Below are positions 39,100-51,154 of a stretch of 64,000 bases of DNA, one piece after another. The notes beneath the pieces are model-generated. The model saw only the letters and a program-made list of their open reading frames with translations, did no database searches and had not been told where the DNA came from. Each line of letters opens with the position of its first letter. Position 1 is the stretch's first letter. The position numbers were made by a program, and so were the translations under genes. The stretch covers positions 434,001-498,000 of the forward strand of contig OX597818.1 of NCBI GenBank assembly GCA_951406725.2, written 5' to 3'. The DNA comes from Octopus vulgaris. Its lineage: Eukaryota.

Positions 39100-39795
39100 T
39101 CTTTGCCAGGTAACAGTTTATCAAAAACCGGTTTCACCTTCCTTGCGAACATCAGTTCAGCTGGTGAACTTCCTGCGGGTGTACTGGGGTTTGGTGTCAC
39201 CCTGTTATATACCCTTAGGAACTGCTACAGAGTGACTTTGTCTGTGGCTTCCTTGTTTGCTTTTCTCAAAACTCTTTTGAAAGTGTCCATTTGATCTGGG
39301 ATGGTAAGGCGCTTTCATTTTATGTTCTACCGTGAACATTTCGCAAAATTTTCTCAATTCACTGGACACAAATTGTGTTCCATTATCAGAAACAATCACA
39401 TCTGGGAGGCCAAATCTTGCAAATAATTTGTGCAAAAAATTTATTACCGTTGCAGAGGTAGGTCTTTTGCACTTAATTTCCAACCATTTTGTAAAACTGT
39501 CAACTACTACTAAGTAGTAATAATCATTTAATGGACCCACAAAATCAATGTGTAGTCTTGTCCATGGACTTTTTACTTCTGGCCAAGGCTCCCATTTATA
39601 AGTGGGCAATTTCACAACCAGAGCACATCCTCTGCAGCCTTTTACTAAATTTTCAACTTCCTCATCCATCTTCAGCCAATACACATAACTGTGCATAAGC
39701 ACTTTCATCCTTGCAATCCTTCGATGTCCAATATGGAATTCTTTCAACGTTCTTTTTTGTAGAGTCTCAGCTATCACTACCCTTTGGCCATACAT
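39100..39795 (-). pseudogene. Gypsy integrase (zinc-finger + rve), frameshifted
   Basis: ORF 39205-39795 with FHIGH...YVYW...CRGC, PWTRLHIDFVGP and SDNGTQF. Confidence 0.88.
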
Positions 39796-41134
39796 CAGTA
39801 TACCGTTGCATGTTGAACATATGTTTACCTCTTGTTGCTTTTCTTACTGAACCTTTTTCATTTTTGTTTTCTTTCACTGATAACAGAATTTTTTTTTTTT
39901 TCCATTGATGAACTTGTCTTTTGACGTGTGTTGCTTTATCTCCTTCAGAGTTATTGGTAACTCTCATACAGTGTTCCACATTATGTGGAATACTGACTCT
40001 TAGGACTGCTATTACCGTGTCCTCGAATTTCTGCTATTAGGGCTGCTATTACTGTGTCCTCGCCACTTTTGGGTATTATCCTGATGGTAAATATTCCATT
40101 GCATAGTTGTAGTTTAGAGGTGTGGTGCCCCATTGCTGAAACGTAATTGCTGTATGTACTAGAAAGCTTTCTTGGATCCATAAATCATTAGCAACAGGTG
40201 ATGGTCTGTTTGTAGTCTAAACCATCTATCATGTATAAGCCTGTGGATCTTTTTTATGCCAAATATAATCGCCAGTGCCTCTCTTTCAATTTGGCTATAG
40301 TTTCTTTCTGCTGGCAATAGCGACCTTGACACATGAGCCTTTTGGCTGCCATCTTCACATTTGTGTAGGAATCTGACACCTACTCTGTACTCACTAGCAT
40401 TGGCTGCCAGTATTGTTTTGAAATTTGAATCAAAGTGTGTAAGCAGCAAGTCTAAAGTTAACATGCTTTTTAGTTCTTCAAATGCCTCCTGGCATTTTTC
40501 TGATCAAAACCATTTTGCATCCTTTTTTAACAGCCCGTCTAGTGGAGCACTTGTGGTGTGTATGTTCAGGATATATATACTTGATAGTAGTTCAGCAAGC
40601 CTAAGAAAGCTTGTAACAATTTGATGTTCATTGGGAGAGGCATATTCTGTATTGCCATCACCCTTGATGAATCTGGCCTTCATCTCCTTTCATCAATTAT
40701 TTGACCCAAATAATTGATTTTTCATCAAAAATTCACTTTCCCTCTGTTAGTCTAAACCTGTATTCATTTATTTTTCTGAATACTTTTTTGATATGTTTGG
40801 AGTGTTGCTCCACTGACTCGCTCTTTACCAAATATTGAGATACGCGATAGCGAAGTCGCAATCATTTAACATTGTATCCATCACTTGTTGGAGTATGACA
40901 GGTGCCACTTTTACTCCAAAAGGAAACTGCTTGAATTTATACAATCCATGGTGTGTGTTGATTGTTAAAAGAAGTGCACAAACTTTCTCTACCTGTATCT
41001 GTAGATAGGCTTCCAAGAGGTCTAACTTTGAAAAACTTTTTCCTCCATTTAGTTTTGAGAACACTTCTTCTGGGCTTGTGTTTGAATAAACAGTCATTTA
41101 ATCCAGTTGAAAAGTCTGCACACACTCTTAGTTT

Positions 41135-41945
41135 CATCATCATCATCATCGTTTAACGTCCGCTTTCCATGCTAGCATGGGTTGGACGGTTCAACTGGGG
41201 TCTGGAAAGCCAGAAGGCTGCACCAGGCCCAGTCTGATCTGGCAGTGTTTCTACAGCTGGATGCCTGTCCTAACGCCAACCACTCCATGAGTGTAGTGGG
41301 TGCTTTTTACATGCCAGACGAGGCTGGCAACGGCCACGATCGGATGGTGCTTTTTACGTGCCACTGGCACAGAGGCCGGATGGGTCTAGCAACGGCTACA
41401 ATAGGATGGTGCTTTTTACGTGCCACTGGCACTGAGGCCAGTCGGGGTGACGCTGTCAACGGCCATGTTTGGATGGTTCTCTTACGTGCCACCAGCACTG
41501 GTATCACAACTACAACTTCCATTGATGTTGATCAATTTTGATTTTGATTTTCACTTGCCTCAACAGGTCTTCACAAGTAGAGTTTTGTGTCACAAGAAGG
41601 AAAGGTATGCATAAGTGGACTGGCTACATCCCAGGTAGAGGCCACGGGTTATGGTCTCACTTGTCCTACCAGGCCTTCTACCACACAGCATACTTCCAAA
41701 GGTCTCAGTCACTAGTCATTTCCTCGGTGAGCCCTAATGTTTAAAGGTCGTGCTTCACCAATTCGTCCCAAGTCTTCCTGGGTCTACCTCTTCCACAGAT
41801 TCCCTCAACTGCTAGGGTGTGGCACTTTTTCACACAACTATCTTCATCCATTCTCGCCACACGACCATACCAGCGCAAACATCTCTCTTGCACACTACAA
41901 CTGATGCTTCTTAGGTCCAACTTTTATATATATACTCTCAAGGTA
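41135..41945 (-). mobile_element. RTE LINE 3' end inserted in the Gypsy RT
   Basis: (CAT)n tail abuts the Gypsy KLRVCADF codons; same family as 9338-10626. Confidence 0.88.
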
Positions 41946-42920
41946 TATATATATATGTATATATATATGTGTGTGTGTATGTATATGTTTCCGGATACAC
42001 CCCCCCCACACACACCTACCTACCTCCCACACGCCTGTTCACACACACACATACGTATACACATCTACGTACATACATTCACACATTTAATCACACACAC
42101 TTATAGACATACATGCACACACTAACATACAAACCAACATGCACATACATACACACATACATACATACACACACACATACATACTTACACACACACACAC
42201 AGATATACATACACACATACATACACACATACATACGCACATACATACACACACTCACACACACACATCGCACATACATACTTCACACACACACACATGC
42301 ACACATACATGTAGGCACACACACATACATACATACATACCCACACATGCACACCCTTACACTGAATGCACACACACATACACCTATTTGCATCCAGGCA
42401 GCCCCCCACCCTCTTTTCTGCTTTCCGGTTTTGGCTGATGGATCCTCGGTTCCCGCGTAGCGGGTCGTTCGAGGGCCTTTGCGCTCGCGCGCTGAAGGCT
42501 TGGTCGGCCCCATGGGCTTGCGTTGTATTGTTTGTGTGTTGTGTGCGTGAGCGCGCTTCGTGTGTGTGGGCTTGCTTCGGGTGTGTGCGTGTGTATGTAT
42601 ACATACATACCCACACACTCGCATGCATCCCTACCCACATACATACACGCACACCTACTCACACACACACACACACACACACACCTGCACACACACACAC
42701 CCGCACACACACACATACCTACTTCAGACATACACACACAGACATACACCCATACACTCACACTCACACGCATACACACACACACATACACACGCATACG
42801 TACACATACACACACACACACACACACCTACATACATACATTACACTTGTACACACACACACTTACATTCATACACACACACACCTACACAGCCATACCC
42901 TCACTCAGACACACACCTAC

Positions 42921-42958
<38 letters not shown>

Positions 42959-44841
42959 ATACATACATACATCTACACACATACATACACACATACATAA
43001 ACACACACACATACACATACACACACATACGCACACACACACATATACTTATACACATGCACACACACACACACACACACATACATACATACACCCATAC
43101 ACACACACATACCTACATACTCCTATACGCACATACATACACACAGACATACACACTCACACACACACACACACACACACATACATACACACTCGCCTGC
43201 ACGCGCACACACATGCATGCACACACCAACATACACTCCCACTCACATACGCACACACCAACATAAACACGCACACCTACACTCCCACACACATACGCAC
43301 GCACCTACATACACACACGCACGCACACACACTACACACACATGCATACACACACACACACACACATGCATACACACACACACACACAAACATGCACGGA
43401 CACACCCTGACATACATACATACACCTATACACACACGCCCACACACCTACATACACACACATACACGGACACACCCATACATACATACATACATACACC
43501 TATACACACACGCCTACACACCTACATACACACACATGCATACACACACACACATGTACGCACATACACACATATATATGCACATACATATATACCCACA
43601 CACATGCACACACACACATACGCACATGCATGCATGCATGCACACGCGCACACCTACACGCATGCATGCATACACACACACACGCATGTACACATACATA
43701 CACACATACATACACCCATACACATACATGCATCCTACACACACATACATACACACACACACACATACACACACACACACATACTTCCACACACCCACAC
43801 GTACATACATACACACTCATACACATACACACACACACACACACGGACATACATCTATGCACACACATATATACACACCTACTTACATACATTCATCGGA
43901 CACACTGACACCCAGACATACACACAGACACACTCACACATCCACACACACACATACTTACACACACACTCGCAGGCGCGCGCACACACGCGCTTGCGCC
44001 AGCTCGCGCATGCATGCACCTCGCTCTTGGACCCGACGAGATCTCCGGCTCGGTTCTGGGGCCGTCGCCTGTCGTTGGGTTCTCCCACGCCTGTCTCCGC
44101 GGGACCACTCTTCCATCTTCCCCTCAGCTGGAGTCCTTTTTCCTTATAACCCCCCCCTTTTTTGTTACACACACGTGCACACATACATACACCCACTCAC
44201 ACACACACATTTGCTTAAATATATACATTACTCTTACACACACTTCAAATCTACTCGCCATACATACAACTACGACACTGGACACACACACACTGCCACT
44301 CAACACACACGCTGGCACGTTACATACGCCCCCACCCCTTCCCCTCCCTCCCTTCCTCCTTCCTTCATTTTTTTACTACTGACCACTGTCTGCTATGCCT
44401 ACTACTGTTCGCCCTACCTCACACGCCTACACACAGACGCACACACTAACATATACATATATTTTTTGTTTTTTTTATCTCGCCTCACACACACATACAC
44501 ACACGCACACGCACACACTCACACATACACACACATCTGTTGCGTTACCAACCCTGTCTCCACTCTTTTGGCTTTAAAAACCTACTTTGCTCTTGTTATC
44601 GTAAACTTCCGCCTTTCACCATGTGTACTTCATAAACACCAGTCGTTTTTTTTTCTCCCTCTTGTTGCCCACCTTGGGATCTTTCTTTCCTCTCTCTTCC
44701 TTCTTTATGTTTCCGACGAAGAGCTCCGCTCGAAACGTCATACCTTCCTGCTTCCATCTTTCCTGAGCGCCTATTAATAATAATACTGTAACTGTTCCAC
44801 GTGTTGTTGTTTTTTCTGTTTTCCCGTTTGGATTTAAATTA

Positions 44842-44872
<31 letters not shown>
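41946..44872 (+). mobile_element. (TA)n-flanked CA-rich composite repeat with GC-rich patches and a Penelope-like hammerhead end; probable non-autonomous PLE derivative
   Basis: Bounded by (TA)n; ~2 kb of degenerate (CA)/(CATA); complex patches at 42390-42600 and 43970-44160; GACGAAGAGC..GCTCGAAACGTC motif at 44715. Confidence 0.55.
44709..44743 (+). ncRNA. Degenerate minimal hammerhead ribozyme motif (PLE-type)
   Basis: GTTT-CCGACGA-AGAGC-TCC-GCTC-GAAAC-GTC-ATAC: core with U4>C change, stem II GAGC/GCTC, minimal palindromic stem III (ACGT), imperfect stem I. Confidence 0.5.
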
Positions 44873-44960
44873 GATAATTATTTGAGGGAATATTAAATAT
44901 TAATCCGAACATACAAGGAAAAAAATTCAATTTAAAAATACTAAATCAAATTTCACACAA

Positions 44961-46893
44961 TCATCATCATCATCGGTTAACATCTGCTTTCCATGCTAGC
45001 ATGGGTTGGACTGTTCAACTGGGGTCTGGGAAACCAGAAGGCTGCGCCAGGCCCTGTCTGATCTGGCAGTGTTTCTACAGCTGGATGCCCTTCATAACGC
45101 CAACCACTCCGTGAGTGTAGTGGGTGCTTTTTACGTGTCACCAACACAGGTGCCAGACGAGGCTGGCAAACGGCCACGATCTCGTGATGCTTTTTACGTG
45201 CCACCAGCACAGGGGCCAGACGAGGCTGCCAATGGCCACAGTTGGATGATGCTTTTTACGTGCCACCGGCATGGAGGCCAGTTGGGGCAGCGCTGACAAC
45301 GGCCATGTTCGGATGGTTCTCTTACACGCCACCGGCACTGGTATGACGGCTACAATTTCCATTGATGTTGGTCGATTTCGATTTTCATTTGCTTCACCAG
45401 GTCTTCACAAGTAGAGTTTTGTGTCACAAGAAGGAAAGGTATGCATAAGTGGACTAGCTACATCCCAGGTAGAGGCCACGGGTTATGGTTTCACTTGTCC
45501 TGCCAAATCTTCCCACGCACAGCATACTTCCAAAGGTCTCGGTCTCTGGTCATTTCCTCGGTGAGACCCAAAGTTCGAAGGTTGTGCTTCACCACCTCGT
45601 CCCAGGTTTTCCTGGGTCTACCTCTTCCACAGGTTCCCTCAACCGCTAGGGTGTGGCACTTTTTCACACAACTATCTTCATCCATTCTCGCCACATGACC
45701 ATACCAGCGCAAACGTCTCTCTTGCACACCACAACTGATGCTTCTTAGGTGCAACTTTTCTCTCAAGGTACTTACACTCTGTTGAGTATGAACACTAACC
45801 TTACACATCCATCGGAGCATACTGACTTCATTTCTTGCGAGCTTACGCATGTCCTCAGCAGTCATGGCCCATGTTTCATTGCCATGTAGCATGGCTGTTC
45901 ATACACATGCGTCATACAGTCTGCCTTTTACTCTGAGCGAGAGGCCTTTAGTCACCAGCAGAGGTAAGAGCTCTCTGAACTTTGCCCAAGCTATTCTTAC
46001 TCCAGCAGTTACACTTTCAGCACACCTGCCCCCGCTACTGACTTGGTCACCTACGTAACGGAAGCTATCAACAATTTCTAGTTTTTCTCCGTGGAATGTG
46101 GCAGAAGTAGGTCTCTGCGCATTTTCAGTGTTTATTGCTCCTGAGCAGCTGCCACATACAAAAACTATCTTCCTAGTTAGCCTTCCTTTGACATTGCTGC
46201 ACCTCTTATGTGTCCATAGCTTACACTTGGTGCATCTTATAGAGTTTCTACCTATGCCTTTTCTACAGATTGAGCCGGGCCATCTACCTGAAGGCGTTTG
46301 TGATTTGCCTGCCTTCCTACATATTAGGGCTTTGATTTTAGCTAAGTTGATTTTAAGGCCCTTCGATTCTAATCCTTGTCTCCACACTTGAAACTTTGCC
46401 TCTAGTTCTGATAGTGTGACTCAGCAATTAGAGCAAGGTCATCAGCATAGAGGAGCTCCCAGGGGCATCCTGTCTTGAATTCCTCCGTTATTGCCTGGAG
46501 GACTATGATAAATAGGAAGGGGCTGAGGACTGAACATTACTGGACCCCTACGTCTACCCTGAATTCTTCAGTGTACTCGTTGCCAACCCTCACCTTACTT
46601 ACAGCGTCTCTGTACATGGCTTGCACAGCTCTCACTAACCATTCATCTATCCCTAGTTTCCTCATTGACCACCAGATAAGGGATCGGGGGACCCTTTCAA
46701 AGGCTTTCTCCATGTCAACGAAAGCCATGTACAGGGGCTTATCTTTGGCTAGGTACTTCTCCTGCAGCTGTCTTACCAGAAATATGGCATCAGTGGTGCT
46801 CCTGGCACGAAACCAAACTGCATCTCATCCAAGCTGACTCTCTCCCTAATCAGTTGGGCTATGACCCTCTCCGTAACCTTCATTACCTGATCC
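44961..46893 (-). mobile_element. 5'-truncated RTE LINE (RT domain to 3' tail), frameshifted
   Basis: LDEMQFGFVP, MAFVDMEKAFERVPRSLIWW, ELLYADDL, CRKGIGRNSIRCTKCKLWTHKRC, RRLRWYGHVARM; (CAT)n at 44961. Confidence 0.93.
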
Positions 46894-48604
46894 AGTTTAT
46901 TATTTTTTTTTTCTTTACATAAATCATCAGAGCTGCCCTGTCTGAATGGTTGACTTTCTAGTCTTTCTAGCCCTTTATTGACTGGTCCAATGCCACAAAC
47001 AGTATGTTCCGGTGTTGCCTTTTCTTTTATTGTGATCCTTGCTTTTGTTTTAGTGCAACAGCCTAATCCTTCCAAAAAAACATTTGGGAACAATTTAAAA
47101 AATTTTTGTCTCAGTTGTTCAACTTCATTCGAACTTCATACTGACTACATTTTCACAAAGAGCACTAATGGGAGCATCTCACATTTTAAATAAGTCCATG
47201 CATTTTATACCAAATAGGTTTAGTGATTTTTTTCCAACACAAATGATTGTCCTTTTCATTTCACCTTGAAAAGTAACATTGCAAATACATTCACTGATGA
47301 AATGGAATTTCTTTCCTGTAACACTATATGCTACTTTATTTGATTTAACTAATTTCAGTTTACCAATTTGTCACCATGTTTCTTTATTTATGATAGTGTT
47401 GTCACTACCCGCATCTAATTGCATTTTGACACCAGTAGTTTCGATTCTCACCTTCATGAATTTTTCTGTTCTTGTACAAACTTTTTTCTCTGATGACAAT
47501 CTTTCTTTTTTCTCGTTTGGTCCAGTTTTCCATCATCTTAGTTTTGCAGAGTGTCTTAATGTATCCTGTGTGTGCAGAATGAAAACACTTTGCTTTTTTG
47601 AATGGACACTCTTTTCTCAGGTGCCTACCACCATATGCCATACATGGATTTATCTCCTAATGTGTATCATGGTTTTTGTGAAACACTTTATTTTGTTTTC
47701 CAACTCTTCCACACTGGTTTTATCTGTAGACAATCTCTACATTGAATTTCTTCTGTGATGTGCCTTACTTTTAATATCATATCATACACTTCTGGCAGTT
47801 TCTGGAAAGTTATATCCTGGTTCATTTCCAGCTCTACAAGAATTTTCATTCTGACTTCTGTGTCCTTTTTAGCCGTATGTCCCTGAGCAAAAATCAGACA
47901 CTTAAACAAACCTGGAGTTAGTTTATCCAGTTTAAATCTCAAACACTCTCTGTTCTCTGTACCTGCATATGTGGTAAAATCTTTGTTGTCGCTTTTCTCC
48001 ATGTTTAAACACTTCCAATGTGTGTTGAATAACAAAGTTTTTTCACTGAACATCTAACGTAAAATGTCAATTGTGTCCATGAAATTTATGTTAGAAACTT
48101 TTTAAGGTAATATAAAGTTACAGTATTTCTCATGCTTTATCGTTTTCGCCAGTTTCCTCAAAATTAGAAATGGTTTCATTTTATCCATCCAGTCTCGGCA
48201 TTCTTTTTCGAAAATTTGTTCAAATCTTCAGTAATATGCCTCAAAAGTGATTCCTTCTTCTGGGTCATATTTTTATTGAATTTACTACATGGTTGGGTGA
48301 AAACATATTTTCTGGTTTTGTTACCAACTTCATTAGTTGCAGCATTTGTTGATGTAACATTTATTGTTGTTCTTTGAGTTGTTGTTGTTGTTGCAACTCA
48401 ACTAAACCCTCTAACAAGTTTTCCATAATTTTACAGATTTTTCATAAAATATGTACAAGAAAAATGTTTGTTACTTCTCTGTTGAGTTTTTAATTTCTCC
48501 ACACGAAAAATTTTTCGACATCGTCCATGTGAATTGTTTATTTTCTTGTGAAAAAAATTTTTTTCAATATTGTCCACATGAATTGTTTATATCCTTGTTA
48601 CCAC

Positions 48605-48928
48605 CGTTATAATGTGGATCCTCATCCACTTGTATATTGTTATCAGCACTGTAATATTCTTGTCATCACTATTATATTGTGGTGGTATCCTGCATCTTAT
48701 TATCTTTGATTTGTCTATTGTACTATTGCTTATAGCCCTACAAGAACAACAACTTTGAAATGTCTACCTTGATGGTAACTCTAACTCATAACTGACACTG
48801 ACTCCAACTGAGAACTCATGCAACGACTACTACTACTGACCTCCTACAACGACTTACTGTCTGACTTTATAGTGGCCTCTCATACCACTTTGTAACATGG
48901 GAAGGAGTGTGCCATTTTCACTACAACA
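48605..48928 (-). repeat. 5' LTR of the Gypsy element
   Basis: Homologous to 38359-38678; followed on the minus strand by a PBS-like sequence. Confidence 0.9.
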
Positions 48929-51154
48929 GTTATATACCTCTATCCCCTCCTTCCGACTATCATAAGTATCAATTGATATCTCTCTGAATGGTCAACTTGT
49001 TGCTGGTCTTCTTGGTTTTCCTCCTCTAAATCATTTTTTAATCTCAAAGTAACCCTAATTTTGAAGACACTAATCACCAGTCAATGTTAGGAAGTAGATT
49101 GTTTACCTGGTAATAGTTTCCCATGACCAGACATGCTTTTACAGAAGACACCACTTGTATGATAATGACCTTTCATTTACAACTATCATGAAGTGTCAAG
49201 GAGACACACCAAACACTTGCACACATACACATATGATGGGCTTCTTTATAGATTCCATTTATTAAATCCATTAACAAGGCATCGGTCAACCAAGGATTAC
49301 AGAAGACACTGACCCACAGTATTGCACAGTAGGACTGAATCTGAAGCCATATGGTTGCTTGGTATGAGAACTTCTTTCTCGTCCAATCATATTTGCACCT
49401 ATAAATATTCAGTAATATATACATGCACACATACATGTAGTAAGTGAAGATGTGGCTGTGTGCTTAAAAAGTTTGTTTCCTACCCACATGGCTCCAGATC
49501 AGTCCCACAGCAGATATCTTGAACAAACGTCTCCTACAACAGTCCTTTACCAACCAAATCTTTTTGAATGAATTTAGTAGATAGAAACTAAAAGAAGCCT
49601 ATCATATATCTGCTTTCCATTTGACCCATGCCAGCATGGAAAGAGTGGACGTTAACTCATGATGGAGATGATGTACAAGTATGTACGTATAAAAAAACTG
49701 GTTTGCATATATACATCCATTATTGTTTTTACTCACACAAATACTTAGAGACAAACAGACACAGTGGTGTTATACAAGCGGTTATCAAGATCTATATATA
49801 GAGACTATTAACAGCCATGTACGTATGTCAATATCTATACTAAATACTTTATTCATTGGTTCTTAGCCAATATCAGAAATATAATATCTTACTAAAGGAA
49901 AAAGGATGTTTATTTTTATTCTAATCTCACTTCTTTATTCTTTTTTCTTTATGTCTTTTTCTTTATATATCCTAAGTCAGCAACATAACAGATTTAAAAA
50001 AAAAAACCCTTTTTGCAGAATTTCCTTAAATAAGAACAGATGAATTCCCAGAAGTCTGTAAATGTAATGGAATGGCTAGATGAAAAGCTGCTTTTGTATA
50101 CAATTCTTTACTTTATTATGTAATGTTATAACATATGTTGATGATATAAAGATTAAGAAAAACAAAATTCATTCATTCAAAGAATAAAAAAAAACTCTGT
50201 AAAGATAATTTTTAAAGGAATTATTTATAGATGTGTATTGTTATAAACAGAAACAAAACAATTTCGAAACATTTCTTAATAAGCAAGGGGGTTGGGATGG
50301 AATACCAGCAACAATCTCCATTGTTTCAAAAGCTAGCAGTAAAATGACTTACTAACTTTATACATCATTTGACTATTAATTTATAATTATCTTGTTGATT
50401 TTGAATTGTTTCTCACTTCAGTTAGGTTTTTTTCCCATTACAATTCCATTTAAATCTAAGTTGTATATTAATAGCAATATAAAACACCCAGGTAATCAAC
50501 CTTACCAGAAAAATGAAAGGCAAAAATTGGTCTGGGTGGTATTTGAATTCAGAATTTAAGGAGCCATAAATGAATATAACAAGGTATTTTCTCTGATACC
50601 CTACAGATTCTGTCAGTATTACTTCATAATCACAGATAAATTTGAGATGAAGATTTAAAGAAGATATTACCAATAATTTAACTATTGGTGAGACTAACAA
50701 CAGACATTAAGTCACAGTGTCACAGTACTATACAATACCTGTACCAATATTATTAGAACATAAAACTACCATAATAGCAGATATTATATGGAATACAATG
50801 AGTGGAGGCAGGTTGGTTCTAGAGTGGCAGTTCTGATGATGGACAATTTCATGCTGAACACACACACACATCTGATAGGCTTTCTACAGTTTCCTCCTAC
50901 CAAATTCACTCACAAGGCATTGGTTGGCCCAGAGCTATGGTAAACACTTGTCTGAGGTACCAGACATTGGGACTGAACTAAAAACCATATGGCTGTGGCA
51001 TGAACTTCTTAACCACACAGCTATGCCTGTACCAGTAAACACTGATTGAAATGCAAAATGAATAAATATTTGAATTCCTAATGCATCTATCCCTTACACA
51101 AACTGAGAGATGGACTTTGTATTATTGTACCTGTTATATATTAGATAGTGATGG

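Larger units (their letters stand above)
38359..48928 (-). mobile_element. Full-length degraded Ty3/Gypsy (Mag-like) LTR retrotransposon with nested insertions
   Basis: Two LTRs; 5 bp TSD GTTAT (38354-38358, 48929-48933); PBS-like TGGTAACAAGGAT; PPT AAAAGGAGTGA. Gag from ATG 48426; RT LRVCADFSTGLND and FSKLDLLEAYLQI; RNase H ERNYSQIEREALAIIFG; integrase PWTRLHIDF...VSDNGTQF...PYHPRSNG. Confidence 0.93.

Noticed and set aside
42366-44777. 803 aa His/Thr-rich ORF and the overlapping VCVC ORFs
   Set aside because: Translation of degenerate (CA)n, which lacks stop codons; no domain is recognisable
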